Made by a program: the position numbers and the translations under genes. From Chlorobiaceae bacterium (GTDB lineage Bacteria > Bacteroidota > Chlorobiia > Chlorobiales > Chlorobiaceae): a stretch of 64,000 nt of DNA. Shown here piece after piece: positions 9,409 to 18,780 of the stretch; within the stretch, counting starts at the first letter, position 1, and every line of letters starts with the position of its first letter. The notes under the pieces were generated by a model. That model was not told the DNA's origin, searched no databases, and saw nothing but the letters and a program-made list of their open reading frames with translations. The DNA lies in contig JAAXXL010000002.1 of the NCBI GenBank assembly GCA_013334485.1, positions 11,490 through 75,489 of the forward strand. Direction: 5' to 3'.

Positions 9409-10680
9409 TTATAATCCGCATGAAGCAATGATCTCTCCTGCAAGATAAAATGATCCGGTCACCACTATCAGGTCATCGGGTTCCGCATGCGCTTTCAAAT
9501 ATTCAAGCGCAGCACTTCCAGTATCAAAAACCGTTGCATCATGCCCCTCAGCGCTGCATAAGCGGGCAAGAAGTGCTGCCGGGACACTTCGTTCAGAGGG
9601 AATATTGACAGGATAAAAATTGCACTCAAGCCGCGACAGCTCCCGGATAACCGACAATGCATCCTTGTCCAAAGCAAGGCCAAAAACAACATGAACATTT
9701 CGATAGCGATTCCGGAACACGACTAAAGCACTGACGGTTTTGCGCATACCATCAGGATTGTGCGATACATCAAGCAGTACATCGGGATTTGCACCAATCT
9801 TCTCCAGTCTTGCCCTGTAACCGGTCTTCAGAAGGCCTGCAAGCCCTGACCTGATAGATGCCGACGCAACACCTGCATCCTCTGCCACCATTACCGCCAG
9901 TGCGATATTGGATGCATGGAACTCGCCGGTCAGAGGTGCCTTCAATGCCGGATAATATCCTGAAGTGGTACGGAGATCAAGCTGCAAATCTCCAACTTCC
10001 GGGGATAAAACAGTCCAGAGAGCATCCTCACCCGCAACAAAAAGCAATGCTTCATGCAAAGCCGCCACTCTGGATATCGGAAGAAATGCCTCCGGATCGG
10101 AAACCGCAGTAAAAACCCTGCACCCTTTTTTTATAATCGCGGCTTTTTCCTCCGCGATCAGTGCGCGACTCTCTCCAAGCCAATCGGTATGATCAAGCCC
10201 TATGCTTGTAATGACGGCATAGGCTGAATCCAGAATATTGGTAGCATCAAGCCGCCCGCCCATACCTGTCTCAATAATGGAAACATCGACCTTTTCATCT
10301 GCAAACCAGGCAAAAGCTATGGCTGTTGTCGCTTCAAAAAACGTGTAAGAAGTACCAGCCGCTCTCTCCTTGAGTTGTGCACAGTAAAATGCCACCCTCT
10401 CGAAGGGAATAGACTCACCGTTTACGCGCATTCTTTCGCTGAAATCAATCAGATGGGGTGAGGTGTAGAGTGCAGTTTTTTTACCGGCAGCCTGGAAAAT
10501 CGAAGCAAGAGCTGCTGCAACAGTTCCCTTTCCGTTTGTTCCGGCGATGTGGATTACAAGGCCAAGCTGTTTGTCCGGCGAGCCAAGATCGTCAAGCAGC
10601 TTGCGTATGACTTCAAGCCCCGGTTTTATACCAAACCGGTGCAGTGGATAGAGAAAATCAAGAGCTTCCTTGTAGGTCAC
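9409..10680 (-). CDS. folC: Folylpolyglutamate synthase/dihydrofolate synthase
   Basis: IHIAGTNGKGT, YTSPHL, FFEATTA, ETGMGGRLDATN, LDVSHNPDG. Confidence 0.96.
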   Translation of the reverse strand: MTYKEALDFLYPLHRFGIKPGLEVIRKLLDDLGSPDKQLGLVIHIAGTNGKGTVAAALASIFQAAGKKTALYTSPHLIDFSERMRVNGESIPFERVAFYCAQLKERAAGTSYTFFEATTAIAFAWFADEKVDVSIIETGMGGRLDATNILDSAYAVITSIGLDHTDWLGESRALIAEEKAAIIKKGCRVFTAVSDPEAFLPISRVAALHEALLFVAGEDALWTVLSPEVGDLQLDLRTTSGYYPALKAPLTGEFHASNIALAVMVAEDAGVASASIRSGLAGLLKTGYRARLEKIGANPDVLLDVSHNPDGMRKTVSALVVFRNRYRNVHVVFGLALDKDALSVIRELSRLECNFYPVNIPSERSVPAALLARLCSAEGHDATVFDTGSAALEYLKAHAEPDDLIVVTGSFYLAGEIIASCGL

Positions 10681-10689
10681 CGTTACCTG

Positions 10690-11292
10690 CTAACTGTTAT
10701 GAATTGAAACAAGAGCTGACTTGATAACCTCTTCAACACTCAGAGCTGAATTATTTTCAAGAATACCGCCAACAGCTTTCTGTACCGTAACCTTGGAAAA
10801 GCCAAGAGTCACAAGGGCGTTGACTGCATCATCCCTGAGCCGGGAGGAGAGCAGTGCTGCAGGTGCAGCCATAGTGCCGGCAGGAGAGAGTTTCAGGATT
10901 TTATCCCTTAACTCAAGAATAATGCGTGCAGCAGTTTTTTTTCCCACACCGGTGATCCCGTATAGAGGTTCAGGCGTGTTTGCAAGAATGGCTTCATGAA
11001 CATCCGCCACCTGCATACCCGAAAGTACCGCAAGAGCAAGCTTAGGACCAACTCCGGAAGTAAGAATAAGCAAGCGAAACATCTGCCGCTCAGCTTCTGT
11101 AATAAAACCATAAAGCTGATGAGCGTCTTCGCGGACAGCAAGATGTGAATAAAGCAGTATTTCACCGCCTGGTTCAGGCAGTTGTCGACTGGTGCTTGCG
11201 GAGACAAGAAACCGGTAGCCAATACCGGAAACCTCTACAACCGCCTCTTCCGGCAGGACGGAGACAAGCCTGCCACGAAAATATGCAAACAT
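10690..11292 (-). CDS. ruvA: Holliday junction branch migration protein RuvA
   Basis: [45 protein letters not shown]. Confidence 0.97.
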   Translation of the reverse strand: MFAYFRGRLVSVLPEEAVVEVSGIGYRFLVSASTSRQLPEPGGEILLYSHLAVREDAHQLYGFITEAERQMFRLLILTSGVGPKLALAVLSGMQVADVHEAILANTPEPLYGITGVGKKTAARIILELRDKILKLSPAGTMAAPAALLSSRLRDDAVNALVTLGFSKVTVQKAVGGILENNSALSVEEVIKSALVSIHNS

Positions 11293-11410
11293 GAGAGAAG
11301 GAATGGAAACCCGGACTGAAAAAACTGTAATGACAATGAATTACGAATTTTTCAGACCGGATGTCAGAGAATGAAGATCAGTATTGAAACGAAGAGCAGA
11401 TCTGTTGATC

Positions 11411-11686
11411 TTACTCAGCCTTACCATAACTGTTCAATAGACGAGTCAATTGCGACTTCTTCCTTGACGCTTTATTGGCATGAATATAGTTCTTGACTCC
11501 GAGACGATCAAGCTTCTGAACAGCCGAACGGTAAGCGACTTCAACTTCCGCCTTGTCAGCACGGGTATCAATCAGTTTCTGCATGGTTTTAACAAGAACT
11601 TTAAGCTCTTTTTTTCTTGCTCTGTTCCTGGCATTTCTTCTTTCTGACTGCCGCAGTCTTTTTTCAGCCGATTTGTGTAAAGGCAT
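11411..11686 (-). CDS. rpsT: 30S ribosomal protein S20
   Basis: [19 protein letters not shown]...[11 protein letters not shown]. Confidence 0.97.
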   Translation of the reverse strand: MPLHKSAEKRLRQSERRNARNRARKKELKVLVKTMQKLIDTRADKAEVEVAYRSAVQKLDRLGVKNYIHANKASRKKSQLTRLLNSYGKAE

Positions 11687-11965
11687 ATACGGATGCTGTT
11701 AGGATATAAAATTTTTAAAGCCCTTATTTCAATAGCAAAGGGCATATAATATAGAAGAAAGGAGCAAATAATCAAAAGAGTATCAAGAAATCATCAAAAT
11801 GCCTTCAAGGACCACTCTTCTGACCTCACTACAGCCAGGAAGCTCTTTATGAATTGCGACTCATGACCTCTCAGCAAAACAAGCAACCAGAGTTGCCCGT
11901 CATTCAGAACTCGCCCCTTTTTCCTTATATTGCGCCAGATCTTTTTCAATTAAAGCCTGCGTGTT

Positions 11966-13390
11966 ATGAGCCTCATGATCAGCGTTTCCGGGATACGCGG
12001 AGTAGTCGGCGAAAGCCTTACTCCGAAAAATCTCACTACATTTGCCATGGCCTTTGCCTCATGGATTCTTCGCCATAAACAGGAACGTCCGGCTGCCAAT
12101 GCTGATACACGTCCGAGGATAGTGATCGGAAGGGATACAAGGCCGACAGGAAAGGCGATCGGCGATCTGGTCAGTAATGTTCTGGTACTTTCGGGCTGTG
12201 ACGTAATCGATCTTGATATCGCAACAACTCCTACCGTTGAAATTGCCGTCACATCCGAATGTGCTGACGGCGGACTGATCATTACCGCTTCCCACAACCC
12301 GGTTGCATGGAATGCGCTGAAAATGCTCAACTACCGTGGTGAGTTTCTGACTGCCACAGAGGTGGATGAGCTGCTTGAAATTGCAGACAAAGAAGAGTTT
12401 TATTCGGCGGGATGGGATCATATCGGCTCCATCACCCATGACGGACGTTATGATGACCTGCACATCGATAAAATCCTTCTTCTCCCCTTTGTTGATACTG
12501 GAGCAATAGCTAAAGAACAGTTCCGGGTGCTCGTAGATTGTGTTGAGGGCGCCGGTTATGCGGTGGTACCAAAGCTGTGTAAAAAGCTCGGCATGGAGCA
12601 TATTGTTTCTGTTGCCTGCGGCGGCAGCGGCCTCTTCCCGCGTAATCCTGAACCGATAGAGGAGAATCTTTCAGAAACCATCACCGAACTTGAAAAGAGC
12701 GGATGCGATTTTGCCATTGTTGTTGATCCCGATGTTGACCGGCTTGCTCTGATCTGTGAGGACGGTACCCTTTTCGGAGAAGAGTATACCCTTGTGGCCT
12801 GTGCAGACTTTTATCTTAAACAGAACCGGGGTGCTGTAGCAAACAACCTCTCCAGCAGCCGGGCGCTGAGAGACATTGCCGGAAGGTACGGCGTCGAATG
12901 CTACAGTGCTAAAGTTGGTGAAGCCAATGTGATTGAGGTTATGAAAGAGAAAGCAGTGGTCATTGGTGGCGAAGGCAATGGCGGCATTATTCTTCCCGAA
13001 CTTCATTACGGAAGGGACGCTCTGGTCGGCATTGCTCTCTTTGTCCAGGCCTTCACCCACTGGCGATCAACACACCATAAAGGCTCTCTTTCAGCATTCA
13101 GAAAAGAGTTCCCGGACTATGTAATGTCAAAGCAGAAAACAACGCTCGGAAAAACTGACCGCTCATCGCTGGAGAATATTCTGACCGATATTTCCCTGCA
13201 ATACCCTGAAGCCGAATCAAACGCCGCTGACGGCCTGAAACTTGATTTTGCCGACAGTTGGGTACATCTGCGTCCGTCAAATACAGAACCGATTATCCGG
13301 ATCTATTCCGAAGCACCCACAAAAGAGGAGGCTGAAGCGCTTGCCAATAAACTTAAAGGTGATATTGAGAAGAGAACAAATGGGCATTAA
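11966..13390 (+). CDS. glmM: Alpha-D-phosphohexomutase (phosphoglucosamine mutase / PMM-PGM family)
   Basis: SVSGIRG, IGRDTR, catalytic ITASHNP, metal loop [28 protein letters not shown]; substrate assignment is less certain than the family. Confidence 0.8.
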   Translation: MSLMISVSGIRGVVGESLTPKNLTTFAMAFASWILRHKQERPAANADTRPRIVIGRDTRPTGKAIGDLVSNVLVLSGCDVIDLDIATTPTVEIAVTSECADGGLIITASHNPVAWNALKMLNYRGEFLTATEVDELLEIADKEEFYSAGWDHIGSITHDGRYDDLHIDKILLLPFVDTGAIAKEQFRVLVDCVEGAGYAVVPKLCKKLGMEHIVSVACGGSGLFPRNPEPIEENLSETITELEKSGCDFAIVVDPDVDRLALICEDGTLFGEEYTLVACADFYLKQNRGAVANNLSSSRALRDIAGRYGVECYSAKVGEANVIEVMKEKAVVIGGEGNGGIILPELHYGRDALVGIALFVQAFTHWRSTHHKGSLSAFRKEFPDYVMSKQKTTLGKTDRSSLENILTDISLQYPEAESNAADGLKLDFADSWVHLRPSNTEPIIRIYSEAPTKEEAEALANKLKGDIEKRTNGH

Positions 13391-13428
13391 TTGTCAGGAA
13401 ACTGCAGGCATCTCCTGCATGAAAAATC

Positions 13429-15264
13429 ATGAGTAAAGCTGCGAGAGAGAGTTTCCGTACCCAACTGGACGAAACACTTGGAAAAGAGAATAAAGGTTCG
13501 GTAGACCGCTATATCGTCTCCCGCCTCTTCGCCTATATCAAGCCGTTCAAAACTCTGGTAGCCGCATCTGTTGCGATCACTATTGCCGGCTCTTTTCTCG
13601 GACCGCTTCGGCCATACCTGACAAAAATTGCCATCGACGACCATATCGCCCATGGCGACCTCAGGGGGCTCGCCTTTATCAGCATCCTGCTTGCGGGCGC
13701 AATAGTGCTTGACGGCATCAAGCAGTATATCACCACCTGGTTAACCCAGATTATCGGCCAGAAGGCTGTATTCAACCTACGGATGGATATTTTTTCCCAT
13801 CTGCAAAAACTGCCGGCACGGTTTTATGACCGCAACCCGATAGGACGCTTGATTACAAGAACAACAAGTGACGTTGAATCACTCAACGAGATGCTCTCAA
13901 GCGGCATCATCACAATTCTCGGTGATATCCTGCAACTCTTTTTCATTGTGGTTTTGATGGCCTGGATTGACTGGCAATTGACCCTCATTGTGCTCGGCAT
14001 TCTCCCGATCATGCTCTATGCAACCATCCTGTTTAAAAACAGGGTACGTGTTGCGTTTCAGGATGTCAGAACCCATCTTGCGCGTTTGAACACCTTCTTT
14101 CAGGAGCATATAACCGGCATGAGCATCGTACAGCTCTTCAACCGCGAAGAGCGGGAGTTTGAGCACTATGCCGCCATCAACAGCGATCACCGGGATGCAA
14201 ACATCCGCACGGTTTTTTATTTTTCGATTTACTATCCCCTGATTGAAGTGCTGAGCGCTGCGGCTGCCGGTCTGGTTATCTGGTACAGCGGTGTCCGCCT
14301 GCTCAAGGCCGACCTTACCATTGGAGTTGTCATCTCGTTTGTTCAGTACATCTGGCTCTTTTTCCGACCCCTTCAGCACCTTTCCGACCGCTTCAATGTT
14401 ATTCAGACGGCTATTGCCGGATCAGACCGTATTTTCAGACTGCTTGATGAGAAGGAGGGCATTGAAAACCCTGCCGAAGTGCAGCCCATCTCAACCTTCC
14501 GCGACAAAATCAGCTTCAGCAACGTCTGGTTCGCCTACGATGGCGAAAACTGGATACTGAAGGATATCTCCTTCGATATCCGGCATGGCGAAAAAATTGC
14601 CATTGTAGGGGCTACCGGCAGCGGAAAAACCTCAATCATCAATATTCTCTCTAAACTCTACCCCTTCAGCAAGGGCTCTATCACCATTGACGGCACTCCG
14701 ATTCAGAAAATCGAGGCGGGCTCGCTGAGAAAACTGGTAGGGGTGGTCATGCAGGATGTCTTTCTCTTTTCCGGCACCATTCGCGAAAACCTCGCCTTCG
14801 GCAATCCCGATGTCTCCGATGAGGCTCTGCGGGAAGCCGCAAAAGTGGTTGGCGCCGACCGGTTTATTGATCTGCTCCCCGGAAGTTACGAGTACAGAGT
14901 GCTTGAAAACGGTACCGGACTCTCCTCCGGTCAGAAACAGTTGATTGCCTTCGTTCGGGCGCTCCTCTACAATCCGGAAATTCTGGTACTTGATGAAGCA
15001 ACCAGCTCCGTTGACACTGAAACCGAGACGCTGATTGATTCGGCAACAGCACGCCTCATGAGTGAGCGCACCTCCATTATTATTGCCCACCGGCTCTCAA
15101 CCGTTCAGAAAGCCGACCGGATCATTGTACTGCACAAGGGTGTGATACGTGAAACCGGCAACCATCAGGAGCTTCTGGCAAAACGGGGCCTTTACTACAA
15201 ACTCTACCTCCTACAGCACCCCGAACAGACCACCCAGACTGCATCGGGAACACCGCAGCAATAG
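13429..15264 (+). CDS. ABC transporter, fused TMD + ATPase (type IV exporter)
   Basis: Six TM segments, Walker A GATGSGKT, signature LSSGQKQ, Walker B LVLDEATS, IAHRLST. Confidence 0.93.
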   Translation: MSKAARESFRTQLDETLGKENKGSVDRYIVSRLFAYIKPFKTLVAASVAITIAGSFLGPLRPYLTKIAIDDHIAHGDLRGLAFISILLAGAIVLDGIKQYITTWLTQIIGQKAVFNLRMDIFSHLQKLPARFYDRNPIGRLITRTTSDVESLNEMLSSGIITILGDILQLFFIVVLMAWIDWQLTLIVLGILPIMLYATILFKNRVRVAFQDVRTHLARLNTFFQEHITGMSIVQLFNREEREFEHYAAINSDHRDANIRTVFYFSIYYPLIEVLSAAAAGLVIWYSGVRLLKADLTIGVVISFVQYIWLFFRPLQHLSDRFNVIQTAIAGSDRIFRLLDEKEGIENPAEVQPISTFRDKISFSNVWFAYDGENWILKDISFDIRHGEKIAIVGATGSGKTSIINILSKLYPFSKGSITIDGTPIQKIEAGSLRKLVGVVMQDVFLFSGTIRENLAFGNPDVSDEALREAAKVVGADRFIDLLPGSYEYRVLENGTGLSSGQKQLIAFVRALLYNPEILVLDEATSSVDTETETLIDSATARLMSERTSIIIAHRLSTVQKADRIIVLHKGVIRETGNHQELLAKRGLYYKLYLLQHPEQTTQTASGTPQQ

Positions 15265-15277
15265 AATCCTCTTCCCC

Positions 15278-15349
15278 TGTCATCCCGAACGCATGTGAGG
15301 GATCTGATTATCGTGCAAAAATGATCCCTCCTTTCAGTTCGGGATGACA
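15278..15349. repeat. REP/REPIN-like nested palindrome
   Basis: TGTCATCCCGAAC (15278-15290) / GTTCGGGATGACA (15337-15349) perfect IR; inner GAGGGATC (15297-15304) / GATCCCTC (15323-15330); partial extra copy CGGATGACAA at 15358-15367. Confidence 0.8.
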
Positions 15350-15384
15350 AAAAAATCCGGATGACAACTGGGCGTCTCTATTTC

Positions 15385-15402
15385 TTGTCGTGAGCGGTTT
15401 GA
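15385..15402 (+). repeat. 18-bp inverted repeat, left copy (TTGTCGTGAGCGGTTTGA)
   Basis: Exact reverse complement of 16887-16904. Confidence 0.9.
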
Positions 15403-15444
15403 AGATTATTGAACAACGAAACAGACGAAATTACACGAAATAAT

Positions 15445-15470
15445 GTAGGGGCGATCCTGTGTGATCGTCC
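15445..15470 (+). repeat. GTAG-type REP-like palindrome
   Basis: GTAG followed by a GGGCGATC/GATCGTCC imperfect stem, the usual REP layout of 5' tetranucleotide plus hairpin. Confidence 0.65.
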
Positions 15471-15486
15471 TTTTTGGCGATTTTAA

Positions 15487-15515
15487 TCTTCGTCCTTGAT
15501 GTCCTTTTAGTCCTT
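15487..15515 (+). repeat. 9-bp periodic microrepeat (NNNGTCCTT x3)
   Basis: TTCGTCCTT GATGTCCTT TTAGTCCTT; shares TCTTCGTCCTTG with 35216-35227 (reverse complement). Confidence 0.75.
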
Positions 15516-15571
15516 TTTTAAAGCCCTTAAGCGATAAAATCTAACTGCGCAACAGGTTAACAAAAATACCG

Positions 15572-16840
15572 TTACAAACTGCTGTCGCGGAGCACACTCA
15601 CCGGCTCCAGCTTCGCCGCTCTTGCTGACGGCAGAATCGCGGCAAGCGTGCTGATAAGAACGGTCACCCCGATGACTATAAAAAAATAGATGGGGTTGTA
15701 GGACATACTGAACCCTGTTTTGGTCAGAGGCCCCTGGGAACTCTCAACCGGAAGGCTGGCAAAGAGGTTGATTGAACCTATGGCAAGAACACCACCCGCA
15801 AGAGCACCGGCCAGACCAACAATAAATCCCTCAAGAACAAACATGCCGACAAGCTGCAGGGCTGAAAAGCCGAACGACTTCATGATGGCAATGTCGCGAC
15901 TCTTTTCAAAAACCGTAGTGACAAGAATATTGGCAACTCCGAAACCTGAAACAACGCCGACAAAGGCAACAAGAGAGAAGACGATATAGCCAATACGTTT
16001 AAAAAGAGAGAGCACACTCGCATTCTCCTCCTGCCAGGTGATGCAGCGGTATCCGGTTATCTTTTCCAGCTCTTTTGAAAGTGCCGCATTGTTAAACGGA
16101 TCGGCGACCTTTAAAGCAATGCCCGATACCTTGTTGGCCGGAAGGCCCTCAATAATCTGACCAAGCTTGAGAGAGACAAAAACGCCATTATCAACAGCAT
16201 TGACGCCTGAAAAAAAGATACCGGCAACCTTGCATTGACGGCTCTTTCCGGAAGAGGGAATAATAACCACGTCATCACCAAGAACAAGATTCATATCCCT
16301 TGCAACCGTACGCCCCACCAGAAGAGCATTGGGTGTTTTTTCATAGAGAGTAATATCACCGGAAGTAAGCTTTTTACGGATTCCGCTGATGGCATCTTCC
16401 CTGTCAATCATGACTCCCTTGAGCAGAAGGGGCTGGTTACGGCTCCCCTTTACCGCCATAACCTGCGACAGAACATAGGGAGAGGCGGCAACAATCCGTT
16501 TATTATACTGGGGCAGGCTGAAAACACCGAGAATCTGGCCATAATTGCGCACCTCATCACGATCCAGCTTCTGGATATTATCCTCAACAATCGCAACAGA
16601 GGACTCCTTTTGGCCCGCAAGAATATTGACCGGCACAGGGTTCAGCTTCTCCCCTTTCACGGTTATATGTGGGGCAACGTTGACAATGGTTTCAATAAAG
16701 GAGTCAAGCAAACCGCGAGTCAGAGAGTTGGTGGTAATGAGCACCATGGTGCTCACCGCTACACCGAATATGGTTGTAAGGGTCTGCTTCCGCCGTCCAA
16801 GCAAATGCCGGACAGCTATATCGAACAATGTTTTCAGCAT
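15572..16840 (-). CDS. ABC transporter permease, FtsX/MacB/LolE family
   Basis: N-terminal TM, large periplasmic domain, C-terminal EKSRDIAIMKSFG and LPSARAAKLEPVSVLR motifs. Confidence 0.9.
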   Translation of the reverse strand: MLKTLFDIAVRHLLGRRKQTLTTIFGVAVSTMVLITTNSLTRGLLDSFIETIVNVAPHITVKGEKLNPVPVNILAGQKESSVAIVEDNIQKLDRDEVRNYGQILGVFSLPQYNKRIVAASPYVLSQVMAVKGSRNQPLLLKGVMIDREDAISGIRKKLTSGDITLYEKTPNALLVGRTVARDMNLVLGDDVVIIPSSGKSRQCKVAGIFFSGVNAVDNGVFVSLKLGQIIEGLPANKVSGIALKVADPFNNAALSKELEKITGYRCITWQEENASVLSLFKRIGYIVFSLVAFVGVVSGFGVANILVTTVFEKSRDIAIMKSFGFSALQLVGMFVLEGFIVGLAGALAGGVLAIGSINLFASLPVESSQGPLTKTGFSMSYNPIYFFIVIGVTVLISTLAAILPSARAAKLEPVSVLRDSSL

Positions 16841-16886
16841 GAAGAAAAAATCGGCAGTCCAGGTAAATGGTTAATAACAGAGGCAC

Positions 16887-16904
16887 TCAAACCGCTCACG
16901 ACAA
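16887..16904 (-). repeat. 18-bp inverted repeat, right copy (TCAAACCGCTCACGACAA)
   Basis: Exact reverse complement of 15385-15402. Confidence 0.9.
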
Positions 16905-16923
16905 TTAATCGCGTTGCACAGGC

Positions 16924-17427
16924 TTATCGAATGACAATTTCAGCCTGTGCATCAAGTCTGAACCCCTTGGTTCTTTCAAAGAAAGCCTTTTTCTCGGCAG
17001 AATCAATGACTGTGAAATTTGGACGCTTTTTGTTGCAGGCATAAGCCTTTTTGTACTTGAACGCTGCAAGATTGTGAGTCGCAGAAAGCAGCCTGATCGT
17101 ATTCTCTAACTGACTTGTCGCTTTGGAAAGCCAGCCGCCGGTACCTTGCTTTTTCAGCTCAACCAAAAAGAGGTTGTTCGAAAAGGTAAGCATACCGTCA
17201 CAACTGCTCTCCTTATCCTTTGTTCCTTGTTTCAGAATAATAATGCAGTTATCAATCGCGGTAAATGAAATTGCTCTCTGATTGTTGTTGATAACCGTTG
17301 CAATCCACCTCTCCTTGTTACTGGCATCTGTGTACGCTTTTGTCCCATCCTGCTCATCACAGATCCCGAAAATCGCAGTACGTCTTGAAGGTTCTCTGCA
17401 AACTGTTTCAAAAAAATTCAGACTCAT
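16924..17427 (-). CDS. Hypothetical protein, putative PD-(D/E)xK nuclease fold
   Basis: CDGML...LFLVELK (D77, E90, K92) followed by a KATSQL helix; start overlaps the ATPase stop (ATGA). Confidence 0.7.
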   Translation of the reverse strand: MSLNFFETVCREPSRRTAIFGICDEQDGTKAYTDASNKERWIATVINNNQRAISFTAIDNCIIILKQGTKDKESSCDGMLTFSNNLFLVELKKQGTGGWLSKATSQLENTIRLLSATHNLAAFKYKKAYACNKKRPNFTVIDSAEKKAFFERTKGFRLDAQAEIVIR

Positions 17428-18671
17428 AGCTCCTGCTCTACTTCAAGAAGTGCATCAAAAAGCTGATTCCCTTCCGCCAGCATATCATTTAAATAATTTC
17501 GGTCAGATGGAATGCCATCAACAGAAGCCAGTTTTGTAATAACGCCATCGGCTTCATCCAGTTGAAACACAACAACACTATCTCCTGACAGCAATGCTTG
17601 TTCAGGAATCAGCTTGTACAATTTTGGAAGTAACTCTCCTTTCTTTGGCGATTGCATTAAGAGACCTTCCAGATATTTTCCCTGTATTGCTATGCTTAAA
17701 TAGTTGATGATGTAGGGACTATGGGTAGTCATTATCAATTTGTTGCCCGCATTCATACCATTGAAACCAAGCAGGCTTTGAAGAATTTGCCATTGGGAAG
17801 CTGGAAACAAATTCTGTTCCGGCTCTTCAACAATGTTTACAAAGGCTGTTTTGTTGAATTTTGACGAAAGAACCGAGAGAGCAACTCTTTTTTGCTCATC
17901 CGTTAAACTTTCATTACCCCATATCTCTTCCACACCTTTTTTAAAACGCTGCATCTCATCACTGCTCATCGGCTCACTACTTGACTCACTCTGCATTTTC
18001 ACTGAGTTCGCCAAATATCCAGATACCAGGTACAAGGGCACAAGTGACTGGAATCCGCTGGAAGCATCTGATAGCTTTATTTTGTAGCCGTCTCCTTTTA
18101 CATTGAGTGTATCGTTCAATTTGTCATACTCAATAGCAACGTTATTGACAGGTAGTTGTTTAACTCCTTTTAAATCATTTTTCGCATTATCAAATTCAGT
18201 CAGGAACTCCTTTAACGATGGAGAAGAGAGCTTTAACTCTTTTGGTGTTTTAACATAAGAGAGAAAGTTTCTCTCCGCAGGGACATACATAATCTGCGGG
18301 AGTGGATAGGACCGGGCAGATTTACTTTTTATAACTAATGACCCATGTTCGTACTTGATAGTGTATGCATCACCTTCATACTCAATAACGCTCTTGTCTG
18401 ATCCGTTAACTTTAAAATAGTTCTCAAGGCGATGATAACTCAAAAATTGCTTGGCAAACCTCCCCTTCTGCTCAAACCATTTCTGTTTATAATCACCCCT
18501 GACCAAAGCCTTTTCAATCCAGATAAAAGTTGCGATCAACTTTGCAACGGTACTTTTACCTGAACCCTGATTACCGATGAAAACCGTAACCTTTTTGATG
18601 TCAATCCAGCCATCATTTTCCAGACAGCCCTTCTTGATGGGACCGAATTCCCTTATTCTTATTCTGCTCAT
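17424..18671 (-). CDS. ABC-type ATPase, AAA_15/AAA_21 (AbiEii/OLD-like) family
   Basis: Walker A GNQGSGKST, YVPAER, signature-like ASSGFQS, Walker B/D-loop IVEEPEQNLFP, H-loop TTHSPY; no TM segments. Confidence 0.88.
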   Translation of the reverse strand: MSRIRIREFGPIKKGCLENDGWIDIKKVTVFIGNQGSGKSTVAKLIATFIWIEKALVRGDYKQKWFEQKGRFAKQFLSYHRLENYFKVNGSDKSVIEYEGDAYTIKYEHGSLVIKSKSARSYPLPQIMYVPAERNFLSYVKTPKELKLSSPSLKEFLTEFDNAKNDLKGVKQLPVNNVAIEYDKLNDTLNVKGDGYKIKLSDASSGFQSLVPLYLVSGYLANSVKMQSESSSEPMSSDEMQRFKKGVEEIWGNESLTDEQKRVALSVLSSKFNKTAFVNIVEEPEQNLFPASQWQILQSLLGFNGMNAGNKLIMTTHSPYIINYLSIAIQGKYLEGLLMQSPKKGELLPKLYKLIPEQALLSGDSVVVFQLDEADGVITKLASVDGIPSDRNYLNDMLAEGNQLFDALLEVEQEL

Positions 18672-18737
18672 TTTACACCAGTAAACTGTTCAAACTTTCT
18701 TCTGTTTCTCCGCCTGGCACTTATCAAAAGCAAAGCA

Positions 18738-18780
18738 CTGATTATTAATTAATCTGATTAGCATCAATCAGATCAATCTA
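18738..18780. repeat. AT-rich 9-bp periodic, partly palindromic microrepeat
   Basis: ATCAATCAG ATCAATCTA tandem (18763-18780); CTGATT/AATCAG inverted copies. Confidence 0.5.

Noticed and set aside
16235-17044. 269-aa plus-strand ORF
   Set aside because: Antisense shadow of the permease and nuclease genes, with no recognisable motifs.
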